A stretch of 64,000 nt of DNA from Marsupella aquatica (Eukaryota; Plantae; Marchantiophyta), in the NCBI GenBank assembly GCA_973895155.1, contig OZ316893.1, positions 25,409,520-25,473,519 of the forward strand, read 5' to 3'. Under the pieces are notes generated by a model, which worked only from the letters and a program-made list of their open reading frames with translations, had not been told where the DNA came from and ran no database searches. Positions 1 through 13,200 of the stretch are shown piece by piece; the first letter of the stretch is position 1; each line of letters opens with the position of its first letter. The translations under genes were made by a program, and so were the position numbers.

Positions 1-359
1 TGAGACTCATTTCCCTAGGCATAACTTTTGTTTTTTTCTAGTGATCTTGGGTGCATGAGACACACTCTAGTTGTTGGCTCTTTGAGGTGAGAGCAATGTC
101 TTTTGTATCTGTGCATTGGAACCCTCTCACTATTACTTGTATGAAGTACTAGACAGTCTCTGAAATGTGACTCCAAGCAAATCTCCAAATACAATTATCC
201 ACAAATGGAATTAGTATTATCTTTACTCTCCAAATAGTGTTATGCCAAAACCTCAATTAGTATTACACTAATGGTACTTAATGCATACATTATTAGAGTA
301 GCTCTAATGAAAGTGCTCTACTGTGAATTGAAAAGTAAACCCCCAAAATTTAGGCTACA
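1..359. mobile_element. Probable LTR-retrotransposon LTR terminus (partial, runs off window start)
   Basis: Ends ...AAACCCCCCAAAATTTAGGCTACA at 359 (reverse complement TGTAGCCTAAATTTTGGG), a TG...CA-type terminus. AT-rich and non-coding. The partner end and TSD are not visible. Confidence 0.3.
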
Positions 360-420
360 CAAGTAGTACGTACGACCAAGACTACCCTGGGCTGAGCAGT
401 GTAGTTGCCCAACGATAATT

Positions 421-600
421 TGAGGTATTTCCTTAATTGACCCCCAAAATGAAACTTGTTACTTGATCAATCTCTTGAAATCTATCAACGGTCCAGATCT
501 GAGATCTAAAGGTCCATCAACAGTCCAGATTGGGGAAAAGCATGGAGGGGGTTGACTAAGCAAACTTTTTCAAGAAGGGGGTCTACTAAGCATATCTCTC
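421..600. mobile_element. Mutator-like MITE, about 180 bp
   Basis: Imperfect TIRs GAGGTATTTCCTTAATTGACCCCC / GGGGGTCTACTAAGCATATCTC. Flanking 9-mers ACGATAATT (412-420) and ACGATATTT (601-609) match at 8/9, consistent with a TSD. Confidence 0.45.
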
Positions 601-1409
601 ACGATATTTGTATGCAGTGAGGTTCTAGGCTTCACTTGGTTCACTCAATTGATAGACATTTAGATCTCAACCTGGAAAAGTTCAGAAACTTAGTGCATGC
701 AGTCCCTTTTGAACTCACCCTAGTCCTCTCACAAGAAATCCTGCCTCTCTTTGGTGTGAGAGAGATAGATAGTCTCATTCCCTTCTTAGACTGCAGGTGT
801 GTGTTGCACTATAGAGGGCTTATGCATTCACTATTCAGAGGAGGGCAAAGGTTGATGGTTTTAGGGTCTCTCCACAAATTTCTCTTCCATAACCCTTGTA
901 TGCCATTTACCCCTGCACTTTAGCAAGGCTTTTCAGCTCACTGTTGAGTAGGGTTTTTGTTTCTTTGCTATTGGGTGGACTCTCAAGATTTTTGGCTTGT
1001 TAGTCTTCAAAGGGTATTTTCTTTGTTTTCTCCATTTTATTACGTAAATCACAGTGCCTAAGGACTAAAATGCCAAACCAGGAGACAGGGCTCCAATGGC
1101 AAAGCCATACAATAATGGGAGGGAGAGGCAGGGGACAAGGCCCCAAGAAGAGCAAAGTGGTCCAATCAGCCAAGGAATCCCCCACAACAACAAAAGAAGA
1201 AAGACAAAAACAAAGAACTCACTATGCAGCCAAGAAAACTAACTCCCTACAGGATGAAGAACTAAAATGCCTGGAAGCGATGTGGAGTAAACGGCATAAT
1301 TAGGGGGGTCGCAAAGAGAAATCTGTCTAGAGCCCTAAAACCAACTGCCTCGCCTCTATGGAGGATACTGAAAGCCTGAGCCCTTTGAAGTGCAAGGGGC
1401 ACCCTGTGT

Positions 1410-1450
1410 TACCTATAGAAGGTATTTGTGTTGGGTTTGATGAAATTGTT

Positions 1451-1496
<46 letters not shown>

Positions 1497-1655
1497 ATTA
1501 CCAAAGAACATAACCTATAGAAGGCATTTGTCTTGGGTGGAGAGAGATAGAGAGAGAGTACACAAAGTATATATCCCATTACCGAAGAAGGCACTTGTCT
1601 TGGGTAGAGAGATAGAGAGAGCGTGCACAAAGTTTATATCCCATTACCAAAGAAC
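1410..1655. repeat. Three degenerate GA-rich tandem units including a (GA)20 microsatellite at 1453-1492
   Basis: The unit GAAGGCATTTGTCTTGGG...GAGAGAG...CCCATTACCAAAGAA recurs three times. Confidence 0.8.
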
Positions 1656-2872
1656 TAAAGGTCCAGTCCTGGAGACAAAGCTACCAACGCAAGAGACCCA
1701 ATAAAGGGGAAAATAAGGCAAGAACCCCCAAAAGGCCAAAGAGCCAAAAAGTACTAAGTTAAAGAGATATAAAGAGGTATAGAATAAAGAAGATGCCATG
1801 TGCGTCAAAGTTTATCTTTTAGGAAAGATGCTGGGACTCTCTCCCAAGCTGGTCTCTCATTATCTACTCTGAATAGTGCACACTGAAAAAGTTTGCACCT
1901 CCTCATGGATAGAGAGAGAAATGTGCTTTTGTTTTGGATGTATATGAGAATTTATGTTTTACACTATTTGAACGAGGATTTTTAAATATGAACCAATAGA
2001 CCGTGCCACATAATCGAACCTTTCAAGAATAACACTTTCTACAATTCTATTTTGTCATCAGAAATAACATTTTTCTAGCCAGAAAATACCTTATTCTTCA
2101 TCTTTTTAGTAGCAAAATACCTTATTGTGTAGGCCGTACAGATAGTGTAAAGCAGTTTCCAAGAGATTAAATGGAACCCTTTATGCGAGACATTTATTTA
2201 TATGGGGGCTTATGGGATCAGATCTTTTTCAATGATGTAGACGAACAGGAAGGGTCCAAAAGAAAAAGCAAAGGACAGAGTAAGGTGGCGTGTCAACAGA
2301 AAACAAAGTGTCAACAAAGAAGGAATTCCTTTATTCTATGCGACAAAGGTGAGATACTTATGGTGAACCTGACATGGTGACATGTAAAGCCTGTCATGGA
2401 ATCATCTTTTATTTCTCGATTATAAAAGAAGCAAAAGCTGGGGTATCATGCCAATTTCGAGGAACCCACAAATTTATTGGCTTGGAGATGAGCATTGGCA
2501 CTTCTAGTCGTGTCACACACCAACATGACCACCACTTGTCTCAACACTCTTCGCCAAGCTTTTTCTGCCATCTGTTTCATTGAATTTGATGTCCAACACA
2601 AAGTTTTAGGCTCCACTCTGTACGTATTTGGATTCTACCCTTTTTCCCATCCCCCCAAAAGAGCATGGCCGTGTTGTTCGTGTGAAGGCTCATCTTGTGG
2701 TCTTGCAATTTTGCACTCTATCATGGGTGTAACAATAACAAGGTACAGTCCTGGTTTAATCCACCGCTTGTCGCTATTGGTGGCCGTGTCTAATTAGTGC
2801 AAGTGAGAAATTAGTGTGACCCAGAATAAGAGGGGCTTTCCTACACTAATTCTTGTATGATAGGGCCAAGGA

Positions 2873-4211
2873 TGTCATGGGGAGCCTGGGGCACCCACCT
2901 TGTTTCCTGTGAGAAAAACCATTTTTTTACATACATAAATTTCTTTAATTAGGTAACACTTCTTCAATAGCCCTAAATTTGCTTCACCGGAATTCGTGTA
3001 CTTCAGTAACACTAGTAGCGGACAGTGTAGTATGGTGAAGACATTTTCTTTTCTTTTGAAAGCATGATTTACTAACCAAACAATTGCAATAGAAACTGCT
3101 AATCTGTAGGGCGTATGTATTAACCAGGGTTTAATCAGAAGGGCCAATGAGTTGTCTCATTGCTGAAAGTAAAATCCTAAATTTCTACCCATCTAAAAGG
3201 ATTTTAAAAAATCCTTTTAAGCATGAGGCTCTGAAGTATGTCCCCAAAGTGTGAAAAGAAAATCCCACCTAGAATTGTATATAGTCCAATGAACAGAGGT
3301 TAGGAAGAATATTAAAACAAAACAACTTGAAAGAGAAAGACAATTCTCACTCCTGTTGCACAACCGTGCTTGGAGTCTGCAATGCCGTGGGCCGGGGTCA
3401 CATATCTTGCATCCTTGCACCCTCACCCTCCCCAACAAGAACCACCCAACCAAAAGGACTACACTTCCAAATGCATAGAGGAAAACCATTAGGATATACC
3501 TTATAAAATCAGACAATTGTCAAACAACGGCAAAGAACAAAAAGCACCCAGCTGGGAAATGCAGCCCCAAAAACAAGAGACCCAACAAAGGAGAGCAAGC
3601 AAGGGAAACCCCATTAAGAAGAACGAGCCAAAAATCCCGCATGGATTGTACAGGAGGCAGAGTGAAGAGGAAAGGAGGGACAGTACCAGGCCACCTAAAT
3701 TAAACTTATGTGCATTTCAGCAGACTTTCATTGATGTGGAAGAGAGTAGTGCCTGGAGAACATATGCAAGCTTAGTCGTATATCAATAGGCAGTCCTCAT
3801 ATAAAATTTAGGGAATGCTGTTTCTGCCAATAAGAAAGGTGATGAAGATCTAAAGGACGAGACATACACATTAGCCTCACGCTGGAAAACTAAAACTAAA
3901 GGCAAAATAGAACGCAACGAGGAACAGGGCACTCAACAAGACCTGGGTACAACAGACAGCCTGTCCCAAAACTGAACTGGAAATCCAGGTCAAGACAAAA
4001 CCCTAAAAACACACATTATTGTGAATTGTGCGACAGGTGCAAACTTCAACAACTAATGAATGAAAATATGCATATCATGCAATCTCACCAGAGCACTTGT
4101 ATGGATTATGAAAGGTGGGTAGACACAAAGCTCTTAGGTTGTCAAACATTTGGGCTTGATGAGGAAAGAAAAGCGCAGCAAGATTTTAGATATTGGGAGA
4201 GGATTTGAAAC

Positions 4212-4248
<37 letters not shown>

Positions 4249-4961
4249 AATGAGAGGATGAGTCTAAGTGCTAAAAAGTATGGCTTCAAACCTAATGAGG
4301 GAACCCATCCATATTTAACTCATTATATTACTGGACACAGAGATATGGAACACATGTATTATATAGAGAGATAGAATGCGAGAAAACACTTAAGTCTGAT
4401 TATTCTTGTAAAGTTCTCCTGAGAAAGATCTCATGTGGCTGGAGCTGACCAGAAGAATTTGCTAGCTTTGGAGCACATGTGATACATTATTAATTATTAA
4501 ATAACTAACAACTCAGCTGTGGTTTATGATTAGTTTTTAAAAAATTTGACGCTCTGAGTTGTCTTGCAGGCTGTACTCGTGAGCACCCGGAGGCATTGGC
4601 AACTGGCACCATTCCCACCTCGGGTGGTGGGCCCGAGGGTGGTTTGAGTGCCCTACTTGCCCTAGCCTGCCCTAAGGTGTCCTGCCCTACAGTGCCCGGC
4701 CGTCGTTTGGGGCAGGCGAAAATTTCGACACCTTTTGATGAGGTGTCATGTTTCATGGGAGTCAGGCTTTTGTCTTTTCTTTTCACCTTGCTGGTGCCCG
4801 ATTTTTCTCTCGCTGCCCGATTCTCTTGCTGCCCGATTCTCTTGCTGCCCGATAGCACACTTGCAACTTTGCCTTTCCTTCGAAAACACAACCTTAGGTT
4901 CCTCATTCATCCCAGGGTAATTAATTTTTGAGGTTTTTTCTTTTTCGCCTGGGTGACGACA
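2873..4961. mobile_element. Putative solo LTR, about 2.1 kb
   Basis: Bounded by TGTCATGGGG... and ...GGGTGACGACA (TGTC...GACA). Non-coding interior containing (CT)17. The flanks AAGGA / A(A)GAA are only an imperfect 5-bp TSD. Confidence 0.3.
4214..4247. repeat. (CT)17 microsatellite
   Basis: Perfect dinucleotide run. Confidence 0.95.
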
Positions 4962-5215
4962 AGAAGATGCTCAAAACTATCCTTTATTTTCATTTTCCTT
5001 AATGAAGGTTTTGACAGTTAGATCTCCCTCCATTAGAAAATAATTGGCACATCCTGCCTAGTGGGGTGAGTGACTAGGTGAGAAACTAGGTGATTCTGAC
5101 TGATGGGGTCTGTGACTAGGAAAGTGACTAATAGACAACAACAAAATCGGGCTCATTTGCAAAAGGTGTAAAAAGTTTTTTCAATGAGGAGGTGGGTTTT
5201 GATCAATTCTTGCTA

Positions 5216-6256
5216 CTGTCTTCCCCCGAACACAGCGCCCAGGCGTTGTGTTCGAATATGGTCAAAACAGGGACTTTAGGCAAAAAAGACGTTTTCACTC
5301 AAACACAACGCCATATGAACACAACGCCCGGGCGTTGTGTTCGGAATTGACTTTGTGTTTGAAAGTGTGCAAAAGTGACTATAGGAGGGCATTGTGTTCG
5401 AATTTGACTTTGTGTTCAAAAATGTGCAAAAGTGACTATAGGAGAACTTAGGGTTGCAACTACCGATGCATGAAGCCCAAATGCAGACCACCAGAGAATG
5501 GAGTATGCCATCAATGCGCAAATCCTGGGAGATGGAAAAGTCTGGTGAGGAATACATGGGCACCTACGAGCATCGACTTGTTTTAGGGGAGCCCTGATAA
5601 GGAGGCGGAGAGAAACTATGAATACTTTAGAGGTACTCTGGGAGATGGTGAGTTTTGTTCTTATGCAGAGGCAAGTAGGTGTTTCTTTTTAACGAAACAG
5701 ACTTAGCAAAGCAGCATACATACATACGTTACTTCAAATCGTCCCACACATCCGTTCTTTCAACTTACAAAATACATTGTCCTTTGAGAAATGTAAGCTA
5801 ATTTCAGAATCCATTATTCTCGGAGGAGTGTGCGCTGTTTCCAAAATGTTAAGCAGCAATCTAGAAGTATCCATATATTGTTCTGTTGTGTGAACTTTAG
5901 ATGGACTTTCACATCAATCTCTGACTGACGCCATGACGTCTCGTGAAAGAAACCCATAGTACCTATGTGCATAATTAGGTCTGACGATTCACTTCCCCTA
6001 TTTCCAATTTTCCATTGCCCTACATGCATCTCACAATGCAAAAATTCAAGCACATGAATTACCTTAAATTTGAACACAACGCCACATTTTGAATTCGAAC
6101 ACAATGCCACATTTCAAACACAGTGCCACAAGTCCAAAACATGAAAACATTGACTTCGAACTCAAATACAGCGCCCTGGGCGCTATATTTGAATAGAGCG
6201 CCCCTTGGGTCACTATTTGAATACAGCCCCCGGGCCTGGTGTTCGGGGGAAGACGG
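5216..6256. mobile_element. Non-autonomous Tc1/mariner-pogo-like DNA transposon, 1041 bp
   Basis: TA|CTGTCTTCCCCCGAACAC ... GTGTTCGGGGGAAGACGG|TA: 18-bp TIR with 1 mismatch and a TA TSD. Multiple subterminal GAACACAACGCC / GGCGTTGTGTTC motifs at both ends. Confidence 0.8.
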
Positions 6257-6780
6257 TAGTTAGAGAAAGGCTGACCCATCCTGTTGCTTCCATCTCTTCT
6301 GGTAAATAAGTGACGAAACACAATTCAACAACTACTGAGACCCCCCTAAACAAAGATCACCCTGAACAGCAATCCCACAACAATGAATTTGTGTCTTGTC
6401 CCCTCATGCTCAATAGCCCCTTCTTGCCTTTCTGTCCTGTGTGCAAATGAAGGTTGCCCATCCCCTTGCTCCTGTTTGTCCCGGTAAATCTAAACACTAG
6501 AATATGCCATACTTCTCCTATTTCTTTCTCATTGTCTGTTTACAAAATGTCATTCTAGGGAGAAGCCTCCTTACCCATTGGATTATGGTGAGAGTTTTTA
6601 CTAGCCATAAGATGGACCTAAAGGTGTCACTTTGCAAGTTGTCATCCCATCAAGTCATTCTCCCTATAGCTCACAATTATCAGGCCAACTCATCCACTCC
6701 TTGTAGCTTCTGATTCCTGACCTTCTCATGTACTCTGCAAACATCACCTAGAAAACACTTTCTCTCATAGAGAAGGGTGA

Positions 6781-7063
6781 TCTTGGTATCCATGGTTGTG
6801 TGTGGGCGTTATGCTAATCTAAATATATGTTCAGCTACATTTCATCACTTTAATATTCCAATGCCCGAGTATCACACAATATTTTCAATGGGAAGGGATT
6901 TGAGCGGACATGAGTTGGCAGACTCAATGAGAAAGCCAGAGAGTCAAAAGATAATTCTCCTGCTCTGCCTCACTTACTATTGAAAATACTGTGCAATGCA
7001 GCTGAACATATATTTAGATTACCATAAAGTGAAGTATGCATGAGGCAACCAGGGATACCAAGA
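6781..7063. mobile_element. Foldback/MITE-like long inverted repeat
   Basis: TCTTGGTATCCATGGTTG pairs with CAACCAGGGATACCAAGA, and TAATCTAAATATATGTTCAGCT pairs perfectly (22 bp) with AGCTGAACATATATTTAGATTA. No clear TSD. Confidence 0.6.
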
Positions 7064-7183
7064 ACTTCTTGGGTAAGGAAATTCGGAGGCCTGCATGGGT
7101 GGACGCTTATGGAGAATCTGGATCAAGTTCATCTAAATTAGGATTATTCTCACTAATTTAGCCTGATCAAATTCAGCTAAATT

Positions 7184-7266
7184 AGGGCGTCTCAAACTTC
7201 ATTAGACAAATTTTTTTAGCCAGGCCAAGAGTTTGCAGTGCGGGATACAGACTCGGAATGTGTGCT
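7184..7266 (+). mobile_element. Solo left end of an element related to the 50722-57378 Harbinger-type transposon
   Basis: ATT|AGGGCGTCTCAAACTT is identical to the large element's right TIR read inward. The following GAGTTTGCAGTGCGGGATACAGACTCGGAATGTGTGC resembles its left subterminal GAGTTTGCGCCCTAGGACGCAGACCAAAAATGTGC. The other end was not found. Confidence 0.6.
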
Positions 7267-9779
7267 ACATGGCGACTGCACCCTTTTTCCCTGGGATTTT
7301 GCACTAGCTAACAGTAGGCCACGGATTTTCCACTTCCTTTACTGCTTCTACGACAACTCTCAAAGCTTGCTCATGCCCGAAAAGCAAGATCTGTTTTGGC
7401 CTGTGTTTCTGGTGGTCAGCAGCCCAGAAGGCTCTCGAGAACCCAAACATTTTTTTCTCTTAAAACGACCGCGAAAACCCCACAGACAGGGGGAAACAAG
7501 CAGGAGGCAAAGAAACAGGGAAGGGAGATCCCACAAAGACCAAGGCCAGGAATAAAATCACAAACTTTGCGACATCCATTAGTGTTAGGGCTGTGTTGCA
7601 TTTGCAAGAGTCCTAAAAAAAGGAGCCCTAACTAGCACACAGATGTCAAGAAAAAGTGTAAATCTGAATCTAAACTAAATCAAAGAATGCAATAAGTGTG
7701 TGCTGCCCATTCGGTTGCACTGGCTACAATTTTGTTGTATTCTCTTTTGAAAGTTTGGGACCTCAAGGGCCAAAAATTCCCTTGCTTCCCCACAAAATAT
7801 GTCATCACGACTGCCTTATTGTTGCAAAGTTTTGAAGTGATACAGGTTCACTGGAGTGCCGGAACACACTAATTTAGTAGTAAATCTAATTTTGCATAAC
7901 ACTAATCAAAGTGAACAGCCCTAGTAAAACCCAGCTTCCATGAATGAAAAATATAGCACCTGAGAAGCCAGTGTTTTACCGGTGGGAAAATAAGCTCCGG
8001 GTAAGGAAATTCCGAGGCGTGCGTGGAGGGAGGCTACTGGAGAACGCCTCGAGAGTCGCGGTGATTCGCGGTGGTTGTTTTTCACTGTGCGATTCTGTCC
8101 TTTTCCCAGCGCGACAGGGGCATCAGGTGCACAAAATTCGTACGCAGACCGAATCAACCGCTTACGTAATTAGGCCGGGGCAGGAGCGTGAGCATTGTGA
8201 GCAAGCGAACCCAACGAGAGCCGAGATTTCTCAAACCTGCCCGGATTTTCTAGGGCCTGACTAATTTCCTGACCCCTGACCCTGCCTCCCAGTGAGCGAA
8301 TCACAGTCGCGGGCTGACTGCCCTATGATCCCTATCCACGGTCAAACCGATAAGTATCCAGCGAGCAGACAGCTCGCCTTAAAACAACCACCCTGCCCTG
8401 CACGGAAATCGTTTGAATCACTGGCACCAATAATTCCGATTAGTTTTTTAATCGTTTCACCGCCCGCTCGCTCCCCCAAGTGGGTTCAGCGAGTCACAGG
8501 TGGCTCTTTCTAAGTGCACTGTTCCTTAGTGCAACCCTTTCCTAATTGCAAGGCGTCTGGCTCTTGCAGTCCTTGGCTAATTGCAAGTAGTCTGGTTGAA
8601 GTTGCAGCAATCATGGGCAATTGCAAGGCGTCTAGATCTGGGTCATTGTGATTTGCGAGGAAACAGTAAAGTTTTTCCTCGCATTAGCAAAATTTCTCCT
8701 CACATGACCTCTAATTTTTCTATCTCCAATTGCCTTGCTAACAAGAAGCTGGTTAATATCATACATTTTGGGGACTACTCTTTTTGCTAGGGAACTCGCT
8801 AGCTAGCCATCTGGATTCATAAGATAACACAACAAATATAAAAGGCAGCCAAAAGCAAAAGAAATTTAGAATCACTAGTGTCTCGCTAACAACACTTTAG
8901 TCGCTAACAAAATCCCTGCCTGCTCACATTATACAATACCTCTCTAGTCCTTCCACTTTTCCCCACCATACTCATTTTCTTGATGCAGAGAGAGGGCTCC
9001 GCTTAAATCTCCACTGGCCCCAATGCAAAATCTGTTGGATCCAAGATACTAAAATAAGTCCAAAAAGTTCACAAGGACGTGAAGAATTTCACTCGTTTGT
9101 CCTTCCCAAACCTGATGGCAGTGGCAGTTTGAGGGCCAATAAACCTGTTTGTGAGGGACCCGGGTTTGGACTGGAACCTGGAGCCTGTGTGAGTGTGGAG
9201 AAGAGCAGAGCCAGGGTGAAATTTTTGTTGCATACCATGTTGCCTTCATTCAAGTTGTGTCGTGAGATATGAACCCGTTGGCGAAAATCCAAGATATCAC
9301 TGGAACCAAAGTCCACCATAAAGTGTATTGAGGGCAGACAAAAAAATGAGCGAGGGTGAAAATTTACAGCTTAATAAACTATTTTTACAATTTAAATCCT
9401 GTGTCAACTTCATTCCTGTCTTGGCTTGAGTGGTATCCTACTGGTTTGAATTCCTGCGGGGGAACCCAATAAGTAACTTTGGGGTCCACGAGTTCTATGG
9501 TTGAAATTCTGAATAGAAACTTCTGGGTTTTGGGCAATGTACAACAATTAAACAGCCTTTCAAAGGGTAAGGAAACTGTGGCGGAAAATGGGGTTTCTAC
9601 TACCCAATTATTATAAATCCTGCTGCTTGAAACCAGTCTAGGGTAAGAGAATTGACTTGTAACTTCCCATGTTTCTGCAATAAGAGAAAATTACATAAGC
9701 CTTTTCAGGGTAGGAAAAGGTACTGGGGACTTGGATTCCTGGCAGCATCTTCAAATTTAGAAGGGCATATGTTATGAGA

Positions 9780-10262
9780 TAGTTGACAGGAGTTTAGGAC
9801 AGGGATGTACAATCACAGCAATGATGGTTTATGGAAAGCACAAGAATCCTACTCAAACATGAGATGGCAACATCTTGAATATGACAAGGGAGAAAGGGAA
9901 GGGGAATGACTGCCGCCCGGGCACTCCAACAACAAGAACAATTTCAACATTCATCATGTAGTGCAAACCACATGCAAGTGGGAAGGCCCTGATTCTTCGA
10001 AGAGTGTTCATCTAGTTGACAGCGGTTTATGGTCGGAGAGTAAAATCCGATGGACATACAATCTTCGATAGCATAGAGAAGGCACTAGAATCCTACGCAA
10101 ACATGAGACGTCAAAATGTCGAACATGACTTACAGCAGGGATGACTTAAAATTGAGGCACTCTAACAGCAAGAACGTCTTGTCTTGTAATGCACACCACA
10201 TGTAAGTGCAAGGCCCTGGATTCATTCCGGAGTGTGCAGTTATGAACAGTGGACTCTGGAAA
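9780..10262. repeat. Diverged tandem duplication, unit about 235 bp
   Basis: AGAATCCTAC(T/G)CAAACATGAGA, GGCACTC(C/T)AACA(A/G)CAAGAAC and CCACATG(C/T)AAGTG...AAGGCCCTG each occur twice in the same order. Confidence 0.7.
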
Positions 10263-13200
10263 GGAAAATTCCAAGGACTGTAGTTTCTTAATTTTTTAAT
10301 AGAAGTTTAAATTCAAGCAGACTGTTGCCAACCTGACGCCCCGGAGGATACAAGGTGACAGGATTTGATGCTGTCGGAAATATTGTGCAACGATGAAAAA
10401 GGAGAAAGGCGAGGGAGCGATTTCGCAGGTGGAGCTCCGAGGGCCCTCCAATGCGCGGAGGCCACGGTCGCCGGGCAGCGGAGAGCAGCAACGCGCGGCA
10501 GTGCGGCACCACCACTGCAGCAGCACCGTCGCGGGCAGTCGGGCCGCCCCCCGCTCCGCCCCCTCGGACGCCGTGCCCCTCACTCCAGACAAGACAAACC
10601 GAGGAATGGTGGCACTAGCCTCGGACTGTAGTGTAGTGTAGTGCTGTCTGACCGGCTGACCGCCCTATCTCTCCCCGTACCGTACCTCTGGGACTGACCG
10701 TGTACCCCAAAGCTGGCTCCCCGTCCCTACGAACCTATCTCGGAGGACAGGTAGGCTAGGCTAAGCTAGGCTAGCCTACGATGGGCTAGGCTAGGCTAGG
10801 GCTAGGGTCGAGCCTTAGGTACCGTACTGGGATAGGTAGCTAGCTAGGCTGTACCGTAGCGGCGTGGTAGTAGCCTCCAGCAGGGCCCTAAGCTAATAAT
10901 GCTGCTGGACAGCACAGTACTAATAATAAGTGGCAACAACACACCCCAACAGTAATCATAACAATAATGCACGGGAGCGAGAAACTCCACTCCACTTCAT
11001 CGTCCACTGAAGAATCTGTTGTGTGTGGAAAGCAGCTGCTGAGCTGATTATTATTTAGATTAGATTATTATTTCATACTACTGCAATACATTACACTAGT
11101 AGAGTGGTAGAGCAGTGGTAGTGGGGGTAGAGCGCTACGAGGGGGGAGAATGATGGGAGGGGAGGGGTTTGGGGCGACTTGTTTTTATTGTAGGCTTGTA
11201 GTAGAGGCCTAGGGGGAAATAATGCCACATGGATTGATAAGCTTTGGGGGGTTTTTTACAGTGGTGTTGTGACGAATTATTTTGTTCGGCGACGGCTCGG
11301 CAGCGTTTCTCTGGTACGGTGACTGAGTGCGGTCCATTCAACCATGTGCCCTTCCTTACACGCCCTCGTCTGCCATGGGGGGGGAGGGGTTTAGGAAAAT
11401 ATGGAAAATACCGGCTTCTAGAGTAGCGCAGTTGTAGGCACTGTTTGCAAATTATAACCCACTCTTTCACCAGTAAATGAAATTTAGAAATTTTCTTGGT
11501 GGGTCCCTGAGTGACAAAACTGGCTTTGCAAGGTTATTTTAAAATACTTTTTTGGTGGGTGGCAAGGAGTGACCAGGTTGTACTCTCCCCAAATGCTGTT
11601 GCAGGTATGTGGGAGGAACGGGGACGGAAAAATGTTGGGGAAGGTAGAGGTGGCCCATGTTTGGGTAGGCTTCAAATGTTTTTGGAAGGGACAAGCGAAG
11701 GCTTTGCTATGCAGTTTGGCCACTTCCTCTTGTAAGTTACTTACTTAATGTCATGGACAGGACTCAATGCTCATCAAAACTCCCCATCAACAAAGACCAC
11801 TGATCCAAAAATATATCAATCTGTAATATAGCATGCGTTAAAGTGTGCATGCTCCTACTGGGAGTGTGCTCCTGGATGTACATCAAGTGCCTAGAATGAC
11901 ACTAGTTACCAAGGGACATCCATTAATCCTTGCCTTTCATGGTAGATAAATCTTTGCAATCTGCCGCTCTCACCACTTTGGCTCCCAGCAAACTGCTTTC
12001 GTTGCAGTGAGAGCTTCACTGAGTCCACGGCTTTGTCGGTTCTCCTCGTCCAACTTTACTATGTAGCCAACAACCCTGCTGCTTTCTGGATTTCCATTTA
12101 TCTCTTTGTTGTTGCAAATATCTCAAGCATTGGTTTGAGGTGAGTCTCCATAACAATAACTACAGTAGAGCCCCTTGTTGACGCCTCAAATGGCAGCTTT
12201 ATAGTGAACTGAATAGTCTTCCTTGCAGGGTATTGAGTACTTTGAATGCTGTAAGAACCGTTGATTAATCTCCCTCCACCTTGGCTGCACTTTACTACTG
12301 CTCAAAAGGTGTTCTGTGTGCTCAAACTTGTTCTAACAGCCTTTCACATAACCTGTTGCACAAGCCCCAGTGGCTGGCCCTTTAACTCGTGATTGTTTGA
12401 AATAGCAATATAGGATATCAATCTGGATGTGCAAAATGGTTTGTCCCAATGCCACCTCCAGGCTCTCGAAATCTACAGTAAAAATTTAGAGCACTTAACA
12501 CACATCTAAATTTATTACCTCCTCAAATTTATTCCTGGTTCGCCAACAGAGGACGAGCATAGTTTTTGGATTGCTGGAGTGTTGACCGAACTTCATTGAC
12601 AGAGACTTGGGTTGGAAAACCTCAAGATTTTGGTGTTGATTTCCAAGAATTGGCCAGATGATTGTAGGGTAAACACTATTTTGGGGATGCCTGGCATTAT
12701 TTGGTGATGACCTCTTTGCCACCACACCTGATATTCTTGACGCTGTAGAGGGGAAGCCTTGATTGGCTTAATTATTGCATATAGTCTTCATACTATTTCG
12801 AGAGACAGTCCCTAAACTCATTCAATTATTATTGGTCTCAATGAAAATCTTCCAGCGAAGGACTGGGAAGACAAAACAAATAAAAGCTGGCCTCTAGAAA
12901 TTTGTCATATTCACATCATCTGAGGTCCTACCCCCATCAGATGTGTCTTCATCCTCCCTTTTTGTTGATGAATAAAACTGCTTTAAAGACTAAAATATAG
13001 GAATAATTTTAGGATCTGGGCCTAAAGGAAACACCGTCTGTTTTGGGGCCTAGCTACACGGTAGATCTTGCTTTCCAGAAATGTGGACATCACACAAAAG
13101 ATAACATTAAGAACTCAGGATAAGTCAGGTCCTATTATTACTCTCAACTTGCATATGTCAAAACAGAGCACATGGTGGTATTCTCAAATCCCTTGTCCAC

